DNA of 63,817 bases, counting the filler, from Lama guanicoe (lineage: Eukaryota): NCBI GenBank assembly GCA_013239625.1. It is 140 parts of 140 records of this genome, joined end to end, with 100 filler letters (N's around TTAATTAATTAA, not from the genome) between each part and the next. Parts side by side here need not be neighbours in the genome. Positions count along the whole stretch, not along the records: positions 36,013 to 36,367 come from PNXV01057913.1; positions 36,468 to 36,824 come from PNXV01057914.1; positions 36,925 to 37,281 come from PNXV01057915.1; positions 37,382 to 37,738 come from PNXV01057916.1; positions 37,839 to 38,195 come from PNXV01057917.1; positions 38,296 to 38,649 come from PNXV01057918.1; positions 38,750 to 39,106 come from PNXV01057919.1; positions 39,207 to 39,563 come from PNXV01057920.1; 132 more parts are not named here. One strand, written 5' to 3'. The notes beneath the pieces are model-generated. The model made no database searches and was not told where the DNA came from. It saw only the letters and a program-made list of their open reading frames with translations. The position numbers and the translations under genes are program-made. Shown in pieces: positions 35,913 through 47,330 of the stretch (its first letter is position 1; each line of letters begins with the position of its first letter).

Positions 35913-37838
35913 NNNNNNNNNNNNNNNNNNNNNNNNNNNNNNNNNNNNNNNNNNNNTTAATTAATTAANNNNNNNNNNNNNNNNNNNNNNNNNNNNNNNN
36001 NNNNNNNNNNNNACTTAATCTTTTCATAGGAAGATAAGAGTTTGTGTATTGTGTGAAAACACACCAAATCCATATTGGGGTAAAAATCCACTTCTTGCTG
36101 GCGTTTGACGGGAATTCAGTAGGATGAGGATGGGGGTGGTAGGTGAGAACTTGCCTCTCCCTTTCTGTGTATCTCTGTTTCTGGACTAAGATGTGTGAGT
36201 GAGTTGTTTTTCAGTTAGACCAAAGGCAATCGGTGAATAGATCCGTAAAAGCAACTTTGACCCTGTGAAAAACATAAAAGTCTTAAGAAAACAGATCTTA
36301 TACTGAGATTTTTTAAACTGAAGTATAGTCAGTTTACAATGTTGTGTCAACTTCTGGTGTACAGCATNNNNNNNNNNNNNNNNNNNNNNNNNNNNNNNNN
36401 NNNNNNNNNNNTTAATTAATTAANNNNNNNNNNNNNNNNNNNNNNNNNNNNNNNNNNNNNNNNNNNNAAAAAAAATGGTGAAATAAGAAAAAATGGTCAT
36501 TTGGGGCAGGTCAAGTTTTTGCTCTGGTGTTTAAAAAAATGTCATTAATCAGGAATTTCCAGTAGTCAAATTGGTGCAGGCAGCTGGGTGACTCACAGAT
36601 GTGACTCTGATAGTAATTCTAGACTGTGTGACTTTCTCATGGCTTGGAAGGGAACGACTTAGAATATTTTTCACCCCACATCTGGCAACATGACCAGCAG
36701 GCTGTGGGGAGTATTCTGCCCAGGCACATCTGGGCTGGGAGGTCTGTGGACCCACTGAACAGGAACAGCATGAAGCACTCCCATCCTGGAGCACACTGCC
36801 CCTTTCCCCCACCACCTCGGTCCGNNNNNNNNNNNNNNNNNNNNNNNNNNNNNNNNNNNNNNNNNNNNTTAATTAATTAANNNNNNNNNNNNNNNNNNNN
36901 NNNNNNNNNNNNNNNNNNNNNNNNGCGGTTTGTTCGACAGGGGAAAGTGCTGCTTAAAATTTCAGAGTCATCATAGCTGAGTCCGACCCATGTCATCACG
37001 GTGATCTGCTCGGGGGGAACACACGTGCTTGGTATCTTTCGGTGGTCATTAACTGCTTGTCTCGTGGTTTGTGTATTATTGGTGGTTCTGAACTCAGCCG
37101 TGATTTAATTTGATTTTGTAAATGCGTGTTTTTAACTTTTTAAAAATGTTATGCTGGATTTCTCGAACAGTGGATAGTAAAGTTTATAAAGACTGGTGTG
37201 ATTCCGGGAGCCGGTGACTTGGCTGGTAGTGGCTGGAGGGCGGCGCTGGCACCTGCGGGTCCGAGAGCCGGCTCGTCTGTGNNNNNNNNNNNNNNNNNNN
37301 NNNNNNNNNNNNNNNNNNNNNNNNNTTAATTAATTAANNNNNNNNNNNNNNNNNNNNNNNNNNNNNNNNNNNNNNNNNNNNTTTTACCTCTGTGGACATA
37401 TTTAGATGATGAAATTCTTCAACAGAATGTATATGAAATAGCCATAATTCAGAAATAACGTAATTTTATCAATAAGGAGATTTAAGTGTTATACTCATGT
37501 AATTTGTCACCTTTATCATATAAATATTCTGAAGACCATTTTAAATCAGTGGCATCTGGTAAGGAAAAACAACATTTTGGTTTTTATTCCCCAAACGATT
37601 TTGTGAAAAACATAAATGTTCTTTTTTCTCCAATTATAATAAATTTTTACAAATACTTGTAGCTGTTCAAAAACTACCATTCGTTACCATGTGTGATGCA
37701 TGATGCTTCTAATTGACTGGATGTTGAGCAGAATATGTNNNNNNNNNNNNNNNNNNNNNNNNNNNNNNNNNNNNNNNNNNNNTTAATTAATTAANNNNNN
37801 NNNNNNNNNNNNNNNNNNNNNNNNNNNNNNNNNNNNNN

Positions 37839-38195
37839 AGGGAATTCAAGCTAAGGGATTCTATTAGATAACCCAGGGGCTGATGTCTGTTGGAGGAGCC
37901 TCCCCACACTCAGGATACCTGAACACGTCATAGTTTCTGTGCTGGAGGTGTGGAAAAAGTGTCTAAGCGTCTTACTGAGGGCACAGGTGTTCCCAGTTTG
38001 GGTATGTAGTTTAAATAACTCGACTGACCATAGAGAGGCACTCGCTAATACTTGGCCTTAGAGCCCAACCCCAACATTCACTAACACCGCGGCCTAGGAA
38101 ACACACAGGGATATCAACCGAAGAGATACAATTAGATCCCTGGTCCTGGTGTCATTTGGAGGAGCCTCAACAAAATCAGGACACCAGAACACTTC
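37839..38195 (+). repeat. Satellite, about 267-bp monomer, subtype A
   Basis: ggaggagcctc at 37892 and 38158 (period 266). Shares caagctaagggattctattaga, cacaggtgttccc, aggcactcgcta.tacttggc.ttagagcccaacc with 38296-38649. Confidence 0.92.
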
Positions 38196-38295
38196 NNNNN
38201 NNNNNNNNNNNNNNNNNNNNNNNNNNNNNNNNNNNNNNNTTAATTAATTAANNNNNNNNNNNNNNNNNNNNNNNNNNNNNNNNNNNNNNNNNNNN

Positions 38296-38649
38296 TAGGG
38301 GAACACTCAGGGATTACAAGCTAAGGGATTCTATTAGAACCCAGTCACTGCTGTCAGTTGGAGGAGACTCCCCACACACAGGATACCTGTGCATGTCTTT
38401 GTGTGTGTGCTGGTGTTGGGGATACAAACTCCACGCAAATTTATGGGGTCACAGGTGTTCCCTGGGAGGGAATATACTTTAAATACCTCAACAGCCCATG
38501 GAAAGGCACTCGCTATTACTTGGCTTTAGAGCCCAACCTCCACCTTCGCTCCCAGCCCATACTTGGAAAACACTCAGGGAAGTCAACCTAAGGGATCCTG
38601 TTAGATCCCAGATGCTGCTGTCAGTTGGAGGTGCCTCCCCACACTCAGG
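38296..38649 (+). repeat. Satellite, about 267-bp monomer, subtype A
   Basis: aacactcaggga at 38302 and 38569 (period 267); tgctgtcagttggagg..ctccccacac.cagg is also repeated. Confidence 0.93.
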
Positions 38650-40120
38650 NNNNNNNNNNNNNNNNNNNNNNNNNNNNNNNNNNNNNNNNNNNNTTAATTA
38701 ATTAANNNNNNNNNNNNNNNNNNNNNNNNNNNNNNNNNNNNNNNNNNNNTACAACGATAAATACTAAGTATTTAATTATATTCCAGAATAAGATACACAA
38801 ATTCTGTTCAGCAAGGTTGCATTGTCAGTGAGGTGAACAGGCAAAAAAAGAAAGTAATCAGAGCAAGTAATGTGATTATATCAAATGAAAGGTGGTACGG
38901 TGAGTGAAGGAGTTAAAGACAGCGCTAGACATTCTAGGGTCACCTACCACACCATGTTGACTACTGTGAAATTTATTCCAAGGCCCCTGGCAAACCGTTG
39001 ATGGGTTCTAGTGAGAGACTAAGATGATTTGGTGTGTGTTCAGAAAGATCTCTGCTAGTCAGCATGTTGAAAAGGAATTGACTGAATCACAGCTGCAATC
39101 TGACAGNNNNNNNNNNNNNNNNNNNNNNNNNNNNNNNNNNNNNNNNNNNNTTAATTAATTAANNNNNNNNNNNNNNNNNNNNNNNNNNNNNNNNNNNNNN
39201 NNNNNNTTGTCTTTGGGGTGAGGAAAATGAAGACAAAGTGGCTAGGAATCACTGTTTTAATTATGTGCGTGAAGAATTTTTATACAAATAAACGTCTTAG
39301 GCTGGATGAAGGTGTCACTGCTCTGGTGTGGTGGAGGGTCTGCAATCAGAGCTCTGTTCCAGACCCACCCTCTGTGACCCCTGGCTCCTCTCAGGGAACC
39401 TGGATAAAACCTTAACACCAGTGAGGCAAAACCCGACAAGATGGCCCTCCAGTGCATCTCTTGTTCCCCATGGTATATACTTTCTGTTACAGGAATATAA
39501 CTGTGTATTCTCTGCAGGCAGCTCCGGTCCTGGAAGACCACAGCCAGTGGAGCCAGAACCCCTNNNNNNNNNNNNNNNNNNNNNNNNNNNNNNNNNNNNN
39601 NNNNNNNTTAATTAATTAANNNNNNNNNNNNNNNNNNNNNNNNNNNNNNNNNNNNNNNNNNNNTTTTTATGACTGAGTAGTATTCCATTGTGTATATATA
39701 CCACATCTTTATCCAATCATGAAGATGGTGTTTTTAAAGGAGGTGCATCAAATCTTTTTCTACCATAGGGGAGGATTCTCATACCATTGAAAATCAGCTG
39801 AAACCTACAAGGATGGCTTGTCAACTGGGGCAAATGAAATAAGAAGCAAGTGAGACCTTCAGTTTATCAGGAGTACATGTAGGCTTTGTGATTGTTCTAA
39901 CTAAATAAGTGCCAAAGCAAGGAGAAAAATTCCCCTTCTATTATTCCATAAAGAAATGGTGTTGGAAAATGTAAGACTGGGGTCAGTAGATTCATGTCCT
40001 GATTCTGCCATGAAAACTGANNNNNNNNNNNNNNNNNNNNNNNNNNNNNNNNNNNNNNNNNNNNTTAATTAATTAANNNNNNNNNNNNNNNNNNNNNNNN
40101 NNNNNNNNNNNNNNNNNNNN

Positions 40121-40477
40121 GGGGGGGGGGCGCCCGGCGCCCAAGACCGGCCCCAGAGCGCGCGGCTTCGAAGGCCAGCGGGGCTGGACCTCGGGGCCCG
40201 CACGCCCGGGGGAAGCAGAGACCCCACTCTCCGAGGGCCTCACCAGCCCCCACGCGCGCCGGGCCCCGGGCAGGAGCCGGGGGGGCCTACCTGCTGCTGG
40301 ACTGGGGGCGTCTCACTGGGGGCCTGGACGCTGGCGGCCGTCACCCTCGGGCGCGGCCTCTCCGCGTGGACGCTGTGCGGGGCGGGGCGCCAGCCGGGAC
40401 CCTCCCTGCCGCTCGTGGGCGCCGACGCCTGCCCCGCAGCCTGCAGGCCGCGCTACCTGGGCGGGGACACGGCCCCA
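40121..40477. promoter_or_regulatory. CpG island fragment
   Basis: Very high GC and CpG density, GC boxes (ggggcgggg), and a possible minus-strand donor cag|gtaggc near 40290. Confidence 0.7.
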
Positions 40478-41948
40478 NNNNNNNNNNNNNNNNNNNNNNN
40501 NNNNNNNNNNNNNNNNNNNNNTTAATTAATTAANNNNNNNNNNNNNNNNNNNNNNNNNNNNNNNNNNNNNNNNNNNNTCACTAGGGCAGAGGGAGCTTGG
40601 GGTAGTGTGTTTATTGGTGGGGAGGTTAAGGACTGTCAGGTAGGCTTGGGGACACTCTCAGCTCAGAACACCTCCTAGCAAGATCCACGGGGGTTGCAAA
40701 CTCAATTCCAGAAGCGCAAACCAGTGCAACCCCCATGGAGGGGAAGTTAACAATATCTAACAAAACAACATATGCATTTACCTAACAGTTTTATTTCTAG
40801 GAGGTATCCAGAAAATGTGCACAAGGTGATTCTTTAAGGTGTATTTGTAATAGGAAAGGTAATCATTGGAAACTACCACTGCCCATCCTTAGCAGACCAG
40901 TTGAATGAGCAGCAGCACATCCACACAATGGGATNNNNNNNNNNNNNNNNNNNNNNNNNNNNNNNNNNNNNNNNNNNNTTAATTAATTAANNNNNNNNNN
41001 NNNNNNNNNNNNNNNNNNNNNNNNNNNNNNNNNNTGTGTGTGTGTGTGTGTATTTATGTGGTTTGGAGCATCATCCCAGTCTAGTGATTTATATCTATAT
41101 ATCCAGAGCTTGGGCATCTGCATTTTGTCAGCTGCCCTAGGCAGTTCTGTTGTGGCTAGCATCAAACGATTTGAGAACCAAGACCCTCATTCACATACTT
41201 ACTGTTGGCTTGCATCCTACTTCTGGTCACTGCTCTGCTTTTTTCTGCTTTCTTTCTTTCCCCATCCTTTCTCCTTAATATTTCCAAAAGGGGCAGGTGA
41301 CTGGAAAGTGAGGGGGTTGGCATTGCGGGACGTGTTGAGGAAGCAGTGGAGCCGTGAGGGGGAAACGGCTGGCTGACCCTGGTCTGTGTTGNNNNNNNNN
41401 NNNNNNNNNNNNNNNNNNNNNNNNNNNNNNNNNNNTTAATTAATTAANNNNNNNNNNNNNNNNNNNNNNNNNNNNNNNNNNNNNNNNNNNNAGTAGGCAC
41501 CCCACCACCCCTACTGTCAAGCCCCCTTCCCCATCCACAGACCAATTTAAAGGCAGCTATTTACAACCCCTTCCCAAGCTTTGCTGTTCAGGAGCTCAAG
41601 AAGGGTGAGAACCTAGTGGCGAGCAAAGAATCCACAGGTCTCAAATCCAGGGAATAAAGCCGTGGAGGCGGAGGCAGGAGAGACGAGGACGCATCGCTGT
41701 TAGGCTCGCGCAGGCGCAGCAGCAGCCAAGCAGTGCGGCATCTTGCGGTCAACACAGTTTAATTTTTAATCGCCCCGAACTAGAAACAAAACAAATGGCC
41801 TGAAGCCACTGTTTAGAATTTTGTTATGGTAGCATACCAGTTTTAAGCNNNNNNNNNNNNNNNNNNNNNNNNNNNNNNNNNNNNNNNNNNNNTTAATTAA
41901 TTAANNNNNNNNNNNNNNNNNNNNNNNNNNNNNNNNNNNNNNNNNNNN

Positions 41949-42305
41949 AAAAAAAGACAATACTATTTGATATCACTTGGATCTGGAATGTAGAAAATAA
42001 AACAAAGTAGCGACTATAACCAACTAGAAACAGACTCATCCGTATAAAGAACAAGCTAGTGGTTGTCAGTGGGGAGATGAACATGGGAGGGACAAGGTGG
42101 GATAGGGGATTAAGAGGCACAAACTACTAGGTATAAAATAAACAACCTACAAGAATACATTGTACAGCACTGGGAACACAGCCAAAGCATTATACTAGCT
42201 ATGAATGGAATATAATCCATAACATTTTTGAATCACTATATTGCATACCTGAAACTAATGTAATATTATAAATAACTGTATCTGAATAAAGAAAGACACC
42301 TACAC
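41949..42305 (+). mobile_element. LINE-1 3' UTR (L1MA-type)
   Basis: gatatcacttggatctggaat...acaaactactaggtataaaataaa...tgtacagcactgggaacacagccaa...cctgaaactaat. Confidence 0.88.
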
Positions 42306-42405
42306 NNNNNNNNNNNNNNNNNNNNNNNNNNNNNNNNNNNNNNNNNNNNTTAATTAATTAANNNNNNNNNNNNNNNNNNNNNNNNNNNNNNNNNNNNNNN
42401 NNNNN

Positions 42406-42762
42406 ACTGATTTTCCATCTGTTGGATCTGTCCACTTAATTTCATCTTCAAAATGTTTATTGTTAATGTAGAGAAACATAACTGCTTTTTGCGTATTTTT
42501 ACTATATCTTGCAAATTTGAAGAAATCTTTATTAGGTCTATTCTTTTTATGTGTGTGTATTCTTTAGGATTTTCTACACTTGATCTTAGCCAAAAGGCCA
42601 AGAAACGATTTAGGATTTTCTCTATATAAGATCGTACTACCTACCATCTATGAATAGATAAAGTTTTACTTTTTCCCTGCCAATTTGTATTGACTTTTAT
42701 ATCTCATTTTGTATAATTCCTCTGGCTGAGACTTCACATGTGCAATAGCAGTGGCAAAAGGC
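42406..42762 (-). mobile_element. Old LINE-1 ORF2 (RT region) relic hosting a U2 insertion
   Basis: The minus strand reads gatcttatatagagaaaatcctaaaga, the ILY.ENPK segment after the RT FADD motif. Upstream A-rich ORF2-like sequence is present (attggcagggaaaaagtaaaact). Confidence 0.75.
42574..42609 (-). pseudogene. RNU2: 3'-truncated (tailless) U2 snRNA retropseudogene, nt 1-36
   Basis: The minus strand reads ATCGTTTCTTGGCCTTTTGGCTAAGATCAAGTGTAG versus the U2 5' end ATCGCTTCTCGGCCTTTTGGCTAAGATCAAGTGTAG (2 mismatches). It is flanked by the direct repeat TTAGGATTTTCT at 42564-42575 and 42610-42621. Confidence 0.93.
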
Positions 42763-43776
42763 NNNNNNNNNNNNNNNNNNNNNNNNNNNNNNNNNNNNNN
42801 NNNNNNTTAATTAATTAANNNNNNNNNNNNNNNNNNNNNNNNNNNNNNNNNNNNNNNNNNNNCATGGGATGCATCCCTATTTTAACGCCTATGTGGTACT
42901 GGAAAGAAGACTGTGTGACTCAAAGCTTTGTTCAGAACCTGGATGACTGAACACCCTGCGTGTGTACCTATTCTAAGACCTGGGATGTATACCTGTTAAA
43001 ATAAGGATGCACACCTACTTCTATACCAATCATTAATCCTCTAATGCTTTTGCCAAAAGCTTTTTGGTTTTCTAGTATGTAAGATGTTTGTATGCAAGTG
43101 AGAATTTTGTGGAAGAATGGGAGTTACTCATGCTGCCCCAGAGTTTCTAAGCAACTCTAGATTAAAATATTTCCAGTTTAAAAATTTTGTCTATGTAACT
43201 TTTCTAGAACACGCTTATGNNNNNNNNNNNNNNNNNNNNNNNNNNNNNNNNNNNNNNNNNNNNTTAATTAATTAANNNNNNNNNNNNNNNNNNNNNNNNN
43301 NNNNNNNNNNNNNNNNNNNCGCAGTGGAGTGCCACTCTTTCAGTAGGACGTTGTGGGGAATACTGCCAATTCCTGTCACCAGTCTTCTCTCTAAGGCAAT
43401 ATTAATTTTACTATCCCAATGTTTACATTTACAGAACAGTTTGGATCTTCATTATGGGTGAGTCTGTACTTAGAGATACTTGTTTCTCGGTCTGCCAGTG
43501 GAATTTTATACCTAAAGGTTACCTCGGCTCTTTGCATTGAGGTGTAAAATACCAAGTCTGGGGGACCACTGAAAAGTGAAGCAGCGTTAGGGATCCCAGC
43601 ATCCTTAAGCTGGTGTTTATTACTGAAGGGATTGTCTTTTTTCAAAATTAGACTTTTTCTTGAAATTCTTCCAACTNNNNNNNNNNNNNNNNNNNNNNNN
43701 NNNNNNNNNNNNNNNNNNNNTTAATTAATTAANNNNNNNNNNNNNNNNNNNNNNNNNNNNNNNNNNNNNNNNNNNN

Positions 43777-44133
43777 AAAAAACCACCTGTTGGTTTGATT
43801 GACTGTTTCTATTGTTTTTTTACCTCTATTTACTTCCTTCCAGATCTTTATTATTTCCTTCCTTCTGTTGACTTTAGGTTTTCTTTGCTCTTCTCTTTAC
43901 AATTCTTTTTGTTGGTAGGTTAGGTTGTTTTGAGATTGTTCTTGTTTTTTCAGGAAGGCCTGTATCACGATCAGATTCCCTCCTAGGACCGCTTTTGCTG
44001 CATCCCATAGATTTTCTGTGTTTGTGTTTCTATCCATTTTGTATCTCTATGGTTAATTTCTACTTTCATGGCATTGTGGTGAGAAAAGATGCTTGAAATA
44101 ATTTCTATCCTCTTACATTTGTTGAGGCTTCTT
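43777..44133 (-). mobile_element. LINE-1 ORF2 fragment (region after the endonuclease)
   Basis: ttggtttgattgactgtttctattg...gatctttattatttccttcct...gcttttgctgcatcccatagattt...cattgtggtgagaaaagatgcttga. Confidence 0.9.
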
Positions 44134-44690
44134 NNNNNNNNNNNNNNNNNNNNNNNNNNNNNNNNNNNNNNNNNNNNTTAATTAATTAANNNNNNNNNNN
44201 NNNNNNNNNNNNNNNNNNNNNNNNNNNNNNNNNGGAAATGGGTGAGTGCAGGTCTGTCTGACAGTCACGACTGTGTAAGTCAACAGTCAGAGGTTAGTAA
44301 TAACACTTACCATGACTAATGACAAGGCATAAGCCTCTGTGGTTCAGTGTTGTGCCCTGGCCATCACCGGCCACCCTACCAGGGCTCAGGAAGGCTGAGC
44401 TGAGGTTGGAAGGGCAGAAAAATACTTATATATAGTCATTTATATCTGTCTACCTAAGAAGAATTGTACACCATAAACAAGTGCAAATTATTCCTGAAAT
44501 GCAAGAAGGCTTCAACGTAAGAAAATACATCAGTGTAATGCACTACATTAACAGTGTGAATAGAAAAAACCAGGATCATCCAAATTAATGNNNNNNNNNN
44601 NNNNNNNNNNNNNNNNNNNNNNNNNNNNNNNNNNTTAATTAATTAANNNNNNNNNNNNNNNNNNNNNNNNNNNNNNNNNNNNNNNNNNNN

Positions 44691-44935
44691 GGTCCTTGGT
44701 GTTTCCCCAAAGGAGCTGAAAACGTATGTCCATGCAAAACCTGCACAAAGATGTTTATAGCAACTTTACTCATAATTACTAAAACTTGGAGGCGACCGAG
44801 ATGTTCATCAGGTGAATGGATAAATAAAACCGTGGTCCATCCAGATGATATAATATTATTTAATGCTAAAAAGAAATGAGCTATCAAGCTGTGAAGAGAC
44901 ATGAAGGAATCTTAAATGTATATTCCTAAGTGATA
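44691..44935 (+). mobile_element. L1MC-type LINE-1 3' region (similar at 60310-60611)
   Basis: aaggagctgaaaacgtatgtccatgcaaaacctgcacaaagatgtttatagcaactttactcataatt...aagaaatgagctatcaagc. Confidence 0.9.
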
Positions 44936-45602
44936 GAATGAAGCAAAGGTTTACTTTTTTTCATTTTAAATGTTTATTATTAAAGTAATAATAAATATTG
45001 TAAAAGTTTCTGGAATCCAATGTAGGTTACACTGAAATGTAGCAGTTNNNNNNNNNNNNNNNNNNNNNNNNNNNNNNNNNNNNNNNNNNNNTTAATTAAT
45101 TAANNNNNNNNNNNNNNNNNNNNNNNNNNNNNNNNNNNNNNNNNNNNATTCCAGTGTAGAGCACAATTTTTCAGTTATACGTGAACACATATATATTCAT
45201 TGTCACAGTTTTTTCTCTGTGAGCTACTATAAGATGTTGTATATATTTCCCTGTGCTTTATTAAAATATATTGTATGTCAAATATATACATTTAACCTAA
45301 CAGTGTATTATATTTAAGCATATATAAGTTATTATGAGTTATAGTTTATATTGTTAGATAAAAAATATATAGTAGGTATAGATATATTTTCTATTATAGC
45401 TTATATATTACTTATTGCACATTCGATATTACATGTTAATAATTGCACATCTTGTTTATATTAATAACTGCTTGTCATCATTCTTTCTGCATCATTCTCT
45501 CCNNNNNNNNNNNNNNNNNNNNNNNNNNNNNNNNNNNNNNNNNNNNTTAATTAATTAANNNNNNNNNNNNNNNNNNNNNNNNNNNNNNNNNNNNNNNNNN
45601 NN

Positions 45603-45957
45603 AATAGAATGAAATCATGCCATTTGCAGCAACATGGATGGACCTGGAGATGGTCATACAAGTGAAGTAAGTCAGACAGAGAGTCAGATGATGTCACTTA
45701 TACGTGGAATCTAAAAAAATGATACAAATGCCCTTATTTACAAGACAGAAACAGACTCACAGATGTAGAAAACAAACTTAGGGTTACCAAAGGGGGAAGG
45801 TGGGGAGGGGTAAAGTAGGAGTTTGGGATTAAGAGACACATATTACTGTCTATAAAATAGATAAACAACAAGGACCTTCTGTAAAGCACAGGGAACTGCA
45901 CTCAGTATCTTGTAATAACCTACAATGGGAAGAATCTGAAAAAGAATAAATACATAT
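45603..45957 (+). mobile_element. LINE-1 3' UTR
   Basis: aatgaaatcatgccatttgcagcaacatggatggacctggaga...cagactcacagatgtagaaaacaaactta...agcacagggaac. Confidence 0.95.
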
Positions 45958-46972
45958 NNNNNNNNNNNNNNNNNNNNNNNNNNNNNNNNNNNNNNNNNNN
46001 NTTAATTAATTAANNNNNNNNNNNNNNNNNNNNNNNNNNNNNNNNNNNNNNNNNNNNTTCAATATCTTATAATAACCTTTAATGAAAAATATGAAAATGA
46101 ATATATATATGTGTATGTATGACTGTGACATTAGGCTGTACACCAGAAACTGACACATTGTAACTGACTATATACTTCAATTTAAAAAAACACAAATATT
46201 GTGAGTTAAGTAGGATATCAATCCCCAAATTATGTTTATATGAAAATGAGCACATTATGCAGAAAAACATTGAGGGTTGGCAGGCAGCCAGATCTGCCTT
46301 TAGATAAAAAACATATAGCCTGATAGGCATAGTGATATTAAAACACTAAGACATGATTAATAAATGAATTAAATGTACAAGACAAAAAGCTAGAAGAATA
46401 AATGTAAACTAAATNNNNNNNNNNNNNNNNNNNNNNNNNNNNNNNNNNNNNNNNNNNNTTAATTAATTAANNNNNNNNNNNNNNNNNNNNNNNNNNNNNN
46501 NNNNNNNNNNNNNNCCTTCTCTAATTTAATGAGAAAAAATTCCAACATAAATTAAAAGAAAACATGACCTACTCCCATCGTATTAAGAGTCACTTATCTT
46601 TTCATTTTGTTTTTATTTTCTCTTTTAAAATGGAATAAGGGGTCAGAGAACTGGAAGAGGAGTGGGGACCCTGAACACAGGACTGCTCCCAGGTCAGCTG
46701 AGAGCAGAGGGCGCAGGTGAGGCCACTTGGCTTGATTACGTGTGAAAGGGGAGCCTGCTGTCCTACAACAACAGTAATGAAAGGCAAGGGACTTAGAACT
46801 GAAAAGATGCACTAATGATCTTTTGAGTAAATCTTGTTTTCTTTTAAATTTCAGATTTTAAAATAAATTCTGNNNNNNNNNNNNNNNNNNNNNNNNNNNN
46901 NNNNNNNNNNNNNNNNTTAATTAATTAANNNNNNNNNNNNNNNNNNNNNNNNNNNNNNNNNNNNNNNNNNNN

Positions 46973-47330
46973 TAAGTCGGGTGTTTTGCCCTATGCCAAA
47001 ATGGCTGCCCACGCTTCACATGCTCTGCGCATGCTTTTTGAGCGCAATTTGGCGTAAAAGCAATTCAGTGATCTTTCGCGGCGCAAGATGGGGACTTGGC
47101 CGCGGGCGAGACTGAACCTCCCAGCATGCTTTGCAGCCCGGCCGGGAGGCCCGACGTCTAGTGATGGGGAGCCCCGGGTGCTTTACGCCGCCAAATCGGC
47201 TGTAGAGGTTGAGGTTGAGCCCCGGGCCCGGGAATTGGACGCCTGCAGAGCGGGAAGATGGAAGCATGGCGCTGTGTGAGGAGAGGCTACGGCCGCTGTG
47301 TAGTGGGGAGAGGCCGGTCAGTAGAGCTGG
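46973..47330. promoter_or_regulatory. CpG-island promoter fragment with YY1-, NRF1- and E2F-like motifs
   Basis: CAAAATGGCTGC at 46997-47008 (YY1-like), TGCGCATGC at 47026-47034 (NRF1-like), and E2F-like TTTGGCGT at 47048, TTTCGCGGCGC at 47074 and CGCCAAA ending at 47195. CpG-rich. Confidence 0.7.

Noticed and set aside
35511..38701. ORFs within 35559-35912 and 38296-38649
   Set aside because: They lie within satellite monomers and show no coding signature.
14114..42609. Ro60 plus a small RNA (U2) as a linked RNA-handling system
   Set aside because: They sit on unrelated contigs placed together only by length sorting, and the U2 piece is a 36-nt pseudogene.
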